A stretch of 64,000 nucleotides of DNA from the NCBI GenBank assembly GCA_049322915.1, contig JBMOPW010000014.1, positions 509,527 to 573,526 on the forward strand. Direction: 5' to 3'. Source of the stretch: Candidatus Zhuqueibacterota bacterium. Lineage in GTDB: Bacteria > Zhuqueibacterota > Zhuqueibacteria > Thermofontimicrobiales > Thermofontimicrobiaceae. Below are positions 38,716 to 48,822 of the stretch, one piece after another (position 1 is the first letter of the stretch; each line of letters opens with the position of its first letter). Under the pieces are notes generated by a model that saw only the letters and a list, made by a program, of their open reading frames with translations, was not told the origin of the DNA and ran no database searches. Made by a program: the position numbers and the translations under genes.

Positions 38716-38957
38716 ACCTCCCCCTGAGGCAGACAGGATTCGATCCGTGAAAATGATATGCTTCTCCCGCGCCCCCCGCATCCTTGCTGTTCCAATGCAG
38801 GATCACTTCCATCTGAAAAAATACATTTCGCATGACCGGCGCTCTAATGTGTGCTGATACCGTTTCAGCAAAAATCCCGCAATACAATCCTTTGCAGAAT
38901 TAATAGTCCATTAGGCGCCATGTGTGGAAATATTATTTCATTCTCCGGATTTTTTTC

Positions 38958-38985
38958 TTGACATTTATGAATTTAATGTTATATT
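38958..38985 (+). promoter_or_regulatory. promoter of the TonB receptor operon
   Basis: TTGACA-N16-TATATT with an extended TG. Confidence 0.6.
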
Positions 38986-39025
38986 CTTTTAAAACCATAG
39001 TACTAAAAGGCTGGAGAGAAGCACT

Positions 39026-39112
39026 ATGCGCATTAAAATAGAACGTGCAATTCTTGTGGTAACACATGAATTGCATTTTTTTTTCACAAGAGAAATGGAA
39101 AGGAGTGCCTAA
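39026..39112 (+). promoter_or_regulatory. candidate leader peptide / attenuator
   Basis: 28-codon uORF MRIKIERAILVVTHELHFFFTREMERSA after GGAG; contains the hairpin TGCAATTC-T-TGTG-GTAA-CACA-T-GAATTGCA + T9; its stop overlaps the receptor ATG (TAATG). Confidence 0.45.
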
Positions 39113-42100
39113 TGGCTAAACTCAAATACTTCCTTTCAATTGGTTTGATCGTGTCATTCGTTTTGCCGGCGTTTCTGCTGTCCCAGACAACGGGTAAGAT
39201 CGATGGCTATGTCAAGGATAAGAAGACAGGCGATCCGCTCCCAGGCGTCAATGTGACGCTGAAAACGACGGCAATTGGAGCGGCTACCGGGGCTGATGGT
39301 TATTACTATATGATCAACGTCCCGGCCGGGGACTATACTGTCACCGCCTCCATGATGGGCTACAAAACCTATTCTGTCCAGAACGTTCAGGTGGTCATTG
39401 ATCAGACAACCCGGGTTGATTTTAGTCTGGACGAGACGGTACTGGATGTCGGTGAGGAAATTGTCGTTACGGCTGAGCGACCGCTCATCGATCCCAGTGT
39501 GACGTCCAAAGTCTCCACCATGTCTTTTGATGAAATTAAAAATATGCCGGCGGAAGATATCAGCCGGGTCCTGGCGCTGCAATCGAACATCACCGTGCTC
39601 ACCAACACCCCGTATGCGAAGAGTGGCTACAACATCAGGGGGATTGAAGACATCCGGATGCGCGGAGGACGAAACAATGAGCTTGGCTTATTCATCGATG
39701 GCATGAAAGTGGGCAATCCTCTCTTCGGCGGATTTGGCACACGGATAAACAACAACGCCGTCAACCAGATGACAGTCGCTGCCGGCGGATTCAGCCCGGA
39801 GTACGGCAATGCGTTATCCGGCGTGATCAACCTGACCACGCGCGAAGGCGGCTCCAAATTATCCGGTCAATTGGAATATGGCACGTCCGTCCCATTTGGC
39901 CTTACTGCCCTGGCGTCTCAACGGCAGGAGGAGCGAAATTATCAGAATGTGCAATTCAGCATGAACGGACCTGTGCCATTCATCCCCAATCTGTCCTTCT
40001 TCTTTTCGACAGACCTGAGTTCGGAAGCAGGTACGCTCTATGAATTCGATGATATTATCTGGGATGACAACAGAGGCGATCTCCCCACATCCGCTGAGCT
40101 ATTCCAGGATTTCATTGAGGATGGTTCCATGGATTTGATCACCAAATCCCAGGTGGAGAGCGTACTTTCGCCAGTCGATGTGGGCGGAAAGCGCCGGTTC
40201 ATCAATCCCATGGATACATGGAAGGGCTGGCACGGCATGGGCTGGGATAATAGTTTCGATTATCTGGGCAAGCTCACCTACCGCATCAGTCCCATGATAA
40301 AACTGTCTCTCAGTTTGTCCCAATCCCAGAGCTACTCCCAGATCAATGACTATCACGCCGGGTATTATTACCATTTGCCCGGAGAGTGGTACAATGTGGA
40401 TGCGAGTCCCGTGGATACCCGAACCAATATTGACCGGCTCCTGGTGAGCGAAACCAGCGGGGAGACGTATTACCTCGAATCTGGATTGCCCTTCCCGGAC
40501 GAGTTCCCCGGCAGCGGCGGCGCGTATCAGGTATGGCACAGAAACGGCTCCGGCATGGCTGCGAGAAACGTCCAGTTTCGCCAGAGCAATCGTCAGGGTC
40601 TTGTCTGGAACCATACGATAAATCCATCCAATTTCTACACCATTCGTATTCAGCGATTCTTCCAGTCGCGGCGCATCCGCGTCATCAACGATTACAATCA
40701 TGTCTATGATGAAATTTTTGGGATGAAGAATATCTTCTCACCGGACTGGGATAACATCAAACAAAAGGATCAGTACAATCATTACAGCACCTACGGCGTC
40801 CTGGATCCCTGGGAAGGTTACTTCCGGGTCCGATACGACAATGTGTATTTTGAGGGAGATTCGAGCATCACGTACGACGTTCGGCTGGACTTCACGTCGC
40901 AGATCAACCGAAATCATCAACTGAAATTTGGCGGACAATTCGTGTATTACGATCTCAGCCGCCACGATGATCAGGGTTCATCCGGCCCATCGGATCATCC
41001 GACGGTGTACCACATGTTCCCCAAAGAGGGCGCGTTGTATTTGATGGATAAAATTGAATACGGCACTGTGGTGTTGAATGCGGGTATGCGCATTGACTAC
41101 GCCAATGCTGAAGGGGAAATGTACGCGGATCCATTGGATCCCATTGGCGAACAGGATATTGAAACGCCGATGATCGAATACAACGATTTTGAACGATCAA
41201 AAAAGAAATTCAAGGTAAGCCCGAGAATTGGCATGGCCTATCCGCTCACTTCCAAATCTGTCGTTCATTTTAATTTCGGGCATTTTTATCAGACGCCCAA
41301 TTATCGGGATTTATACCGCGCAACCGGCCAAGCGCGCGAACTGACCCTCAGAAGCGGCGAACTGATGGGCAACAACAATCTGGAACATGAAAAATCCATT
41401 CAGTACGAAGTCGGTTATCAGCAACAGATCGGCGATATCTACGGGCTTAATTTGACACTGTGGTCCAAGGAGACCACCAACCAGGTTGGCTCGGTGTACG
41501 TGCCGCCCTACTCCGATCCGGGAGGCGAAAATCCATTTGGCTATTACGTCTTTTTGAATAACAATTTTGGATCTGCGCGTGGACTGGATGTGACCCTGCA
41601 GCGGCGTTATCGCGACTTCTTCTCCGGGACGCTGAATTACACCTGGTCACGAGCCCGGGTATTGAAGCAAACTTCCTGGGATGGCTACTGGGATGACGAA
41701 AGTTCCAATACCTTGCCCAAACGGGAATCCATTGCCTCCTGGGATCAGCCTCATTCCGTTCGAATCAACCTCAATTTCAGCATTCCAAAAGACGCCGGCC
41801 CCACTGTGTTCAATCAAAAAGTGCTCTCCAACTTTGGCGTGAGTCTGGTGTACTTCGGAGAAAGTGGACGCGTTTACACGCCATACATGGGCGAAGCCGG
41901 TTATCTGGAAGAGGAGAATTCAGCGCGCTGGCCGTTCTTTCACCAGTTCGATTTGCGCGCCTATAAAAATGTCGAAATCTTCGGCTTGACCTATTCCTTC
42001 TTCGCCCAGGTGCGAAACCTGTTCGATCGGCAGAATGTCATTGATGGGTATTCGCAAACCGGATCGGCGACCGATCCCGGCACTGCCAATGCCGATTATA

Positions 42101-42183
42101 GCGCAACGAGCATGGATGGCATCAGCATCAATAATTTTGGACCGCGTCGGGCAGTCACGTTTGGCGTGAGAATTCTGTGGTGA
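39112..42183 (+). CDS. TonB-dependent receptor with N-terminal carboxypeptidase-regulatory-like domain
   Basis: Signal peptide, GKIDGYVKDKKTGDPLPGVNV, IVVTAERP, plug motifs MRGGR and GGFSPEYGNALSGVINLTT, SPRIGMAYP, terminal beta-strand ending in W. Confidence 0.9.
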   Translation: MAKLKYFLSIGLIVSFVLPAFLLSQTTGKIDGYVKDKKTGDPLPGVNVTLKTTAIGAATGADGYYYMINVPAGDYTVTASMMGYKTYSVQNVQVVIDQTTRVDFSLDETVLDVGEEIVVTAERPLIDPSVTSKVSTMSFDEIKNMPAEDISRVLALQSNITVLTNTPYAKSGYNIRGIEDIRMRGGRNNELGLFIDGMKVGNPLFGGFGTRINNNAVNQMTVAAGGFSPEYGNALSGVINLTTREGGSKLSGQLEYGTSVPFGLTALASQRQEERNYQNVQFSMNGPVPFIPNLSFFFSTDLSSEAGTLYEFDDIIWDDNRGDLPTSAELFQDFIEDGSMDLITKSQVESVLSPVDVGGKRRFINPMDTWKGWHGMGWDNSFDYLGKLTYRISPMIKLSLSLSQSQSYSQINDYHAGYYYHLPGEWYNVDASPVDTRTNIDRLLVSETSGETYYLESGLPFPDEFPGSGGAYQVWHRNGSGMAARNVQFRQSNRQGLVWNHTINPSNFYTIRIQRFFQSRRIRVINDYNHVYDEIFGMKNIFSPDWDNIKQKDQYNHYSTYGVLDPWEGYFRVRYDNVYFEGDSSITYDVRLDFTSQINRNHQLKFGGQFVYYDLSRHDDQGSSGPSDHPTVYHMFPKEGALYLMDKIEYGTVVLNAGMRIDYANAEGEMYADPLDPIGEQDIETPMIEYNDFERSKKKFKVSPRIGMAYPLTSKSVVHFNFGHFYQTPNYRDLYRATGQARELTLRSGELMGNNNLEHEKSIQYEVGYQQQIGDIYGLNLTLWSKETTNQVGSVYVPPYSDPGGENPFGYYVFLNNNFGSARGLDVTLQRRYRDFFSGTLNYTWSRARVLKQTSWDGYWDDESSNTLPKRESIASWDQPHSVRINLNFSIPKDAGPTVFNQKVLSNFGVSLVYFGESGRVYTPYMGEAGYLEEENSARWPFFHQFDLRAYKNVEIFGLTYSFFAQVRNLFDRQNVIDGYSQTGSATDPGTANADYSATSMDGISINNFGPRRAVTFGVRILW

Positions 42184-42253
42184 ACAGCCTGTTGGACCAT
42201 GCAGCCAGGTGAGGTTTGGAGATTAGCAAGAACAGAAAAATTGGAGACTTGAA

Positions 42254-45200
42254 ATGGCAAAACCAAAAAATATAACGATATGGATATTGGCATTGATAAT
42301 AGTGTCACTGACAGGCCCCATTTCAGGCATCGCTCAGGAAAGATTGCCAGTCATTGATGATCAGAAAATTTTTCCAACTGACTTGAAAAAGCCGGCAAGC
42401 TTGTTTGATCGCGGAATCGCGTTTATGGATGCCGGAGAAATGCAGGTGAATGGCGTGGAAAATTTTGGCGTGATCGGCAATCAGGGTCTGCCTTATTGTA
42501 AACACGGCTTTTGGGGTGAAGTCCGTTGGATCATTCCCTATCTGGCGGTTCCGCCCCAACCGTGGGCTACCGCTATTCGGACGGAAGAGGGCGATATCGT
42601 CGATCGAAGTCAGTATTACAACGTCATCGAAAGCATCACCATGCATTTCGGCGTCGGCGTTCAGGGTTGGGGCTACACTGACTGGGAGGCGCAGGACCTG
42701 GGCAGCACGCAATTGATGGGCGATGACACCTGGTCTGATGTGCCGTTGATTGCTACCAGCACCCGTCCCAATTCCTGGCCGATGGGATATTTTGATAAAG
42801 ATCCGCTGTCGCCAACCTACAAGCAGTTCATTGAAACGCCCGACGTGCGGCATTGGCCTGGCTACTGGGCGCTGGACCCGGATCAGGAATCGCCCACGTT
42901 CGGACAGCCGCTGGAGGGCAAATTCGTTTCGGATAAAGATATTTTTTATATCATGAACGACAAGTACAATGGCATTCGCTGGGGCGATGAGGTCAATGTG
43001 GGCTTCCCCATTGGCTTTGATATGGAAGTCTCTGGCTATTGCTATTCGACCCGATCGTACAAAGATATTGTATTCTTCAACTACAATCTAATCTACCGGG
43101 ATGATATTACCGATCCCAACAGGCAGTCTCACACCGGCACAATCGATAGTCTCTATTTCGGTTTCCTGATCGATCCGGATCTTCCCGGACGCGATCCCTG
43201 GGGAAATACCGGCTACGAGCCCGGCTGGGCTGAAGACGATTACTGCATTGCCGATACGGTGCGCGACATTTTTGTAATGTTCGATAAAGACGGGTACGCG
43301 AAGGATGTCGATTCGCCGTACAGTGAAGGCCCTGTGTCCGCGCATGGCATTGCATATTTGAAGACGCCGAAGGATATCGGACTGACATCATTCCATTACT
43401 TCACACAGGAGGATTTCGACGCGGAATCCGGCGGGCAGAAAATGGAAAATATCATCTACGCTATGGCCAGCGGCCGTAAAGAAATTCTCACAGCGCAGGA
43501 TCAGCAGAAATATTTCCACGGCAGCGATCCGTTATTCGATGACTTGAATCTGCTGCGCGACTTGCAGGAGAGTCAGCCGAACGGAAGCCGTCCTGACCCG
43601 TGGTTTATCATGTCCTCCGGGCCATTCAGCGCAACGCCGGGAGACACCATCGCGCTGCATTTCTGCATCGTCGGCGGGGATGATGACCCCGGCGCTCTGG
43701 ACGCCGATGGCTTTCCGACCAATCCCTACGAAGTCCGTTTCGCAGATATCATCAATAATTTTGAAAAGGCCATGGAGTTGTACAGCAACAGCTTCCAGGG
43801 TACCGGCCCACCATTGACACCGACATTGAGCGCCGTGGGCACCAAAGTCCTGGATGAAAACGATATCCCGGTCATTTACGCCGAGGATGGCAAAGTCACG
43901 TTGTATTGGGATAATATCGCTGAAGAGACCATTGATATTTTGACGAAAGAGAAGGACTTCGAAGGCTATAAAATCTACAAAGCCTACTTCGATCGGGACC
44001 TGGATTATATCGATTGGGGGCAGGAGATTTATGAAATAACGGAGAAAGGTACTGTGGGCGATGTGCTCGCCTATGAACCAGTCTTCCAGTGCGATGTAAT
44101 CAATGACTACGAAGGTCTGGACCCCTATCAATCCTGGTTCTACCTGGGCGATAATAGCGGCATCGTTCATTCGTGGACGGATACCGATGTGACCAACGGC
44201 GTTCGCTATCGCTATTGCATCACGGCCTATGATCATCCGTATCCGGATCGATTGTTCAATGCGAATGAGACAGCCAAAGGCACGTCATCCAAGGACCTGT
44301 GCGTTGTGGACGTCATTCCCGGCGTTCGGCCCGGCGGCTATGTGCCAGCCAATATCGACACGGCATTTAAGCGCGTCTCCGGCCTTGGCAACGGCGTGCT
44401 GCAACTGAACGTGGTGGATGATAACGAGGTGTTGGGCCATACGTATCGGATTTCATTCAGCGATTCATCGGGCAAGCTCGCTTACAGCGTGTTTGATGAA
44501 GATGCTAAAATTTTCAAAGTGACCGACCATTCGCCCATCACAAACGAAAGCAGCGGCATCGATCCGGAGCCATTCCCGTTCTTCGACGGTGTTGGCATCA
44601 AAGTGATCAATTACGATAAGCCGGAGTATCTGGCCAATGAGTCGGGTTGGACGAAAATCCTGGGACCTGATACGAGCGATTATCGGATTAATGTTGTTCC
44701 ATTCACCCCCATTGCCGCGGACTATGAAATTCGGTTCCTCGGCGAAAACGCGGACACCAACGCCATTGGCGCCATGACGTTCCCATTCCAGGTATGGAAG
44801 GTGAGCGTTACCCCGCCGAAGCAAATGGATGTCTTGTATACCCCGCCCACCGGCGTGTATCCGAGCGGGGGACAAATTCGAATCTGGGAATATCTCACGC
44901 CGGGTTCGACTGTCCGAACGTTCACCTGGGTCTTTTCCATTACATGGGCCCCGGATACTGTCGTTGTTGGAACGGACACGACGTTCGTCAAAACATGGGG
45001 AGCCAGCCAAGAGCCGGCTGTTGGCGATGTCTACACGTTCAGGACCAAGAAACCCTTCAGTAATGATGTGTTCACATTCAGCACGTACAAGTTATCGACG
45101 AAAGCGGTGACCGAAGATGAACTGGACGCGATCAAAGCTGTGCCCAATCCCTATATTGTCGCATCGAAGACTGAACTTTACACTGGATCCTCAAAATGGG

Positions 45201-45430
45201 ACCAGCACGATGTCCGCTTCACGCACTTACCTCCAAAATGCACGATACGAATTTTTACTCTGACGGGCGACCTCATTCGGGAAATTCAGCACGATAATCC
45301 ATCGTACGGTGAGGCTCACTGGAATTTGCTGACCGAAGAAAATCTGGAAATTTCTTACGGCATCTACATCTACGTGGTGAAAACCCCGGAAGGCAAAACG
45401 AAAATCGGAAAATTGGCAGTAGTCAAGTGA
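42254..45430 (+). CDS. large secreted protein with FN3-like domain and T9SS type-A-like C-terminal domain
   Basis: Signal peptide; VTLYWD, DFEGYKIYK, WTDTDVTNGVRYRYCITAYD; CTD IKAVPNPY...CTIRIFTLTGDLI...WNL...GIYIY...GKLAVVK. Confidence 0.75.
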   Translation: MAKPKNITIWILALIIVSLTGPISGIAQERLPVIDDQKIFPTDLKKPASLFDRGIAFMDAGEMQVNGVENFGVIGNQGLPYCKHGFWGEVRWIIPYLAVPPQPWATAIRTEEGDIVDRSQYYNVIESITMHFGVGVQGWGYTDWEAQDLGSTQLMGDDTWSDVPLIATSTRPNSWPMGYFDKDPLSPTYKQFIETPDVRHWPGYWALDPDQESPTFGQPLEGKFVSDKDIFYIMNDKYNGIRWGDEVNVGFPIGFDMEVSGYCYSTRSYKDIVFFNYNLIYRDDITDPNRQSHTGTIDSLYFGFLIDPDLPGRDPWGNTGYEPGWAEDDYCIADTVRDIFVMFDKDGYAKDVDSPYSEGPVSAHGIAYLKTPKDIGLTSFHYFTQEDFDAESGGQKMENIIYAMASGRKEILTAQDQQKYFHGSDPLFDDLNLLRDLQESQPNGSRPDPWFIMSSGPFSATPGDTIALHFCIVGGDDDPGALDADGFPTNPYEVRFADIINNFEKAMELYSNSFQGTGPPLTPTLSAVGTKVLDENDIPVIYAEDGKVTLYWDNIAEETIDILTKEKDFEGYKIYKAYFDRDLDYIDWGQEIYEITEKGTVGDVLAYEPVFQCDVINDYEGLDPYQSWFYLGDNSGIVHSWTDTDVTNGVRYRYCITAYDHPYPDRLFNANETAKGTSSKDLCVVDVIPGVRPGGYVPANIDTAFKRVSGLGNGVLQLNVVDDNEVLGHTYRISFSDSSGKLAYSVFDEDAKIFKVTDHSPITNESSGIDPEPFPFFDGVGIKVINYDKPEYLANESGWTKILGPDTSDYRINVVPFTPIAADYEIRFLGENADTNAIGAMTFPFQVWKVSVTPPKQMDVLYTPPTGVYPSGGQIRIWEYLTPGSTVRTFTWVFSITWAPDTVVVGTDTTFVKTWGASQEPAVGDVYTFRTKKPFSNDVFTFSTYKLSTKAVTEDELDAIKAVPNPYIVASKTELYTGSSKWDQHDVRFTHLPPKCTIRIFTLTGDLIREIQHDNPSYGEAHWNLLTEENLEISYGIYIYVVKTPEGKTKIGKLAVVK

Positions 45431-45459
45431 TTTCTATCGTCTATTAAGGAGGCAATACC

Positions 45460-46491
45460 ATGAAAAAAGTTATTTTATTGATAGTGATCGCGGTGAGTGC
45501 TCAGGCGCTTTTCGGGCAGGGAGAAGTGAATAAGGTCGGCACGACGGCTGCAAATTTCCTGAAGCTCGAAGTTGGCGCGCGCGCGATGTCCCTGGCGGGC
45601 GCGTACACGGCCGTCGCCAATGACGTCACTGCGCTGCAATGGAATCCGGCCGGGATTTCCTCGCTGGGAAGAATCACGGCTTCGTACAACAACACCAACC
45701 TGTACGCCGGCATCAAACATCAATTCCTCGGCGTGGTGGTCCCGATGGGAATTAACAATTTCTTCGGATTTTCATTGAACTACGTGGATATCGGACGCAT
45801 CGAAAAAACAACCGTGGATGACCCGGATGGCACCGGCATTATGTTCGATAATTACAACATGTCCGCCGGCGTGAGCTATTCGCGCATGCTGACCGACCGC
45901 GTCACGTTTGGCGTGACCGGGCGCTGGGTGCATGAACAAATCTGGGAGCAGGGCGCCGATGGCGTCAGCATGGATATGGGAATCATTTTCGCGCCTCAGG
46001 TGAGCGGCCTCAAAATTGGAATGAGCATCACCAATTTCGGACCGGATATGACCATGGATAACGGCCCGTTGACGACGTTCGCCTACGAACCACAGGAAGA
46101 AATGGAAGGCGTCGGCAACCGGGACCTGGACGCCCAGCTTCAGGTTGAAAAATATGCGCTGCCCATCAGCTTTCAGTTGGGGGCGTCCGTCGATATTATG
46201 GGAGCGAACAGCTCGTTCGTATCGGATAAATCCAATCGCATATCCGCTATTTTCGAGCTGAACGACTCGTTCGATAATGCCATGCGCGCGAAATATGCCC
46301 TGGAATATGAGTGGCGACATCTGTTGGCCTTGCGCGCCGGCTACAAACAAAATTACGATCTGGCCACCTTCTCCTGGGGCGGTGGTTTGAAAATTCCGGT
46401 CCGTGGAATGGACCTGCGATTCGATTACGGCATGGCCGATTATGGCGATCTGGGATATGTCAATGTCACGTCGATTCAGATCGGTTTTTGA
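45460..46491 (+). CDS. PorV/PorQ-family (UPF0164-like) outer-membrane barrel
   Basis: GTTAANFLKLEVGARAMSLAGA, WNPAGI, LRAGY, FDYG, terminal F. Confidence 0.85.
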   Translation: MKKVILLIVIAVSAQALFGQGEVNKVGTTAANFLKLEVGARAMSLAGAYTAVANDVTALQWNPAGISSLGRITASYNNTNLYAGIKHQFLGVVVPMGINNFFGFSLNYVDIGRIEKTTVDDPDGTGIMFDNYNMSAGVSYSRMLTDRVTFGVTGRWVHEQIWEQGADGVSMDMGIIFAPQVSGLKIGMSITNFGPDMTMDNGPLTTFAYEPQEEMEGVGNRDLDAQLQVEKYALPISFQLGASVDIMGANSSFVSDKSNRISAIFELNDSFDNAMRAKYALEYEWRHLLALRAGYKQNYDLATFSWGGGLKIPVRGMDLRFDYGMADYGDLGYVNVTSIQIGF

Positions 46492-46722
46492 TTTCGCTGT
46501 ATGTTCTCTCTGACCGCTTTTTTGTCGAGTGATTAGCGTTTCGTTTGTATCAAATGAATTCACATTTTGAACGATGAGAAATCTGTCCAAAAACCCGGGC
46601 GCCCGGTGGGACAGATTTCTCATTTTAACCGGTTTTGGTCAAATGACTTCGGCCGTCCGACAGAATTTTACATGGCCCGTGCCGGCAAAAACATACCTTC
46701 AAAAAATAGGAGTGATGTGCCC

Positions 46723-47364
46723 ATGAAAAATAGACTTGTTCTGCTGATGCCTCTCGTCCTGTTTATGCTGAACTGCGCCGGTGGAATTCCCTCTATGGAA
46801 GAACCAATGCAGGGAAAAAACCTGATCATTGGATCCATCATTTTTGAAAACAAGGGTTACGAAAATAGAAATGATGTCTATTTCGAGAATCTGGATGTCG
46901 CCATCATCGGCATTTATGAGGAAAATGGCAAAGAAAAAATATTCGGAAAATGGACGACCACAGATAAGAATGGTTATTTCTTTCTGCCCAATGTGCCGGA
47001 TGGAAAATACGCGCTCAAAGCATTTCGTATCAATATGTCCGGCCAGGCCTATTTGACCGTCGCCAATGAATTTCGCTCCAACGTGGATAATTACAAAGTC
47101 TGGCCCACGGAGAACATCGCGTTCAGCGGGACATTTTTCGAGACCCGGCCGGTGAATCATGTCATCAATCTCAAACACAACTATTTCACATTTTACCTCA
47201 ACCAGGAAATTCGGCACGGGGCTTACGATAAAATCGATCAGTTCAAAGCCGCCAATGGCGAGGTGCTGAGCCGACCCATGATCTTTCAATATGTTATCGA
47301 TACCTATCCCCAGAGCGGCTGGAACCCAACTCTCAAAGCAATTCTGGATACTTACGAATATTAG
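46723..47364 (+). CDS. putative lipoprotein with a prealbumin-like/carboxypeptidase-regulatory module
   Basis: AGGAG RBS; lipobox-like LNC; TTDKNGYFFLPNVPDGKYAL. Confidence 0.65.
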   Translation: MKNRLVLLMPLVLFMLNCAGGIPSMEEPMQGKNLIIGSIIFENKGYENRNDVYFENLDVAIIGIYEENGKEKIFGKWTTTDKNGYFFLPNVPDGKYALKAFRINMSGQAYLTVANEFRSNVDNYKVWPTENIAFSGTFFETRPVNHVINLKHNYFTFYLNQEIRHGAYDKIDQFKAANGEVLSRPMIFQYVIDTYPQSGWNPTLKAILDTYEY

Positions 47365-47374
47365 GGCAATCGCA

Positions 47375-48718
47375 ATGGCCAGTTCAAGATCAATCATCGC
47401 CGTCGCTGTGCTCGGAATGATGGCGATGGCGTTTGCAGCCCACGCATCAACCGACCCGATTCGGTTTTATACGGATAATGCGGGCTTCAAAAATTTCAGC
47501 GATGACCGGAAAACCTACCAGGAAATTTATATTTCCTTTGCTAACTATCAATTGACCTACAAGCAGGTCGGCGACCGCTTTCTGGCCGGCTACAAATTGA
47601 CTGTTTTGATACAGGATTCCACCGGCAAGCCTGCCGCGGAAAAGACATGGCAGAACATGAGTCAGGTGGATTCGCTCCGTCAGGTCGATGATTTGACCAC
47701 GCTGGAACTTGCCGGATTTTTATTGCAGCCCGGCAGGTACACCGCCGAAATCATTGTGCAGGATATGGAATCCCTGGCGGCCGGCTCCGACGAGCGAACC
47801 ATTGTGGCGCCCTCGTTCGAAGGCGCGACGCTCCGGATCAGCGGGATTGAATTTGCCCGTTCCATTGAACGGAGCGAAGGGAAAAATCAATTCACGAAAA
47901 ATGCAGTGGAAGTCGTTCCCAATCCATCCCGCGTATTTGGCATTGAATCGCCCTTTGTTTATTTTTACACAGAAATCTATCATCTCCAGGCTGACTCGCT
48001 GCAAGCCGGGAATATCACGAAAGAATACATGATCCGCGATTTCAATGGCAATGTGCTGATTTCATCCCGGAAAGAGGCTGCGCCAGGAACCAGCTTCGCT
48101 TTATGGGCGGATAAGATCAATGTGCTGGATCTGGTTTCCGGCAAGTACCAGTTGAATTTGAAGGTGACAGACAATCGCTCCGGCGCCGGCGCAGAAACGA
48201 CAGGTGAATTCTGGATACACAATCCGTTCAAAACCATTTCGCTGGCGCAATACAGGGAAGAGGATATTGAGGAATTCCGCGCGCAGATCATGCACATCAC
48301 CGATCAAGGGGAACTCGAGCTGTTTGACCAATTGAATACCCCGGCCAGGATTGAATTTATCAACAACTACTGGCGCGGCAAAGACCCAAATTTTCGGACC
48401 GAGCATCTCAAGCGATTTTACCTGGCCTCCGAGCGATTCAATTCGCCTTCTCTGCCTGGCTGGAAATCGGATCGCGGGCGCGTCTTCATCATGTATGGGC
48501 CGCCGGACGAGATCGAGCGCGAGCCGGCCGGCATGGAAAAACGGGCCTATGAAGTCTGGACGTACGAGACTCTCGACCAGCAGGGGCAGGTGCATTTTGT
48601 GTTCTGCGACTTTGGCACCTTTGGCAACTATCAACTCATTCACTCGAATATCAAAAGCAGTCAGCGCTCGGAAATCTACAATGAGAACTGGTACGACGAC
48701 ATAAAGATTGCAAAATAA
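47375..48718 (+). CDS. GWxTD-domain exported protein
   Basis: Signal peptide; VVPNPSR; EHLKRF..A..F; GWKSDRGRVFIMYGPPDEIE; YEVWTY. Confidence 0.85.
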   Translation: MASSRSIIAVAVLGMMAMAFAAHASTDPIRFYTDNAGFKNFSDDRKTYQEIYISFANYQLTYKQVGDRFLAGYKLTVLIQDSTGKPAAEKTWQNMSQVDSLRQVDDLTTLELAGFLLQPGRYTAEIIVQDMESLAAGSDERTIVAPSFEGATLRISGIEFARSIERSEGKNQFTKNAVEVVPNPSRVFGIESPFVYFYTEIYHLQADSLQAGNITKEYMIRDFNGNVLISSRKEAAPGTSFALWADKINVLDLVSGKYQLNLKVTDNRSGAGAETTGEFWIHNPFKTISLAQYREEDIEEFRAQIMHITDQGELELFDQLNTPARIEFINNYWRGKDPNFRTEHLKRFYLASERFNSPSLPGWKSDRGRVFIMYGPPDEIEREPAGMEKRAYEVWTYETLDQQGQVHFVFCDFGTFGNYQLIHSNIKSSQRSEIYNENWYDDIKIAK

Positions 48719-48822
48719 TGAGAGCCAACTCCTGGCGCCATTGGAGCGCCTGCGTCCCTGGCAGGCGACCTTCCCTTCCGAAAAAGCCATTGTCATACTG
48801 TGAGTAGATTCAGAGGTTCAGG

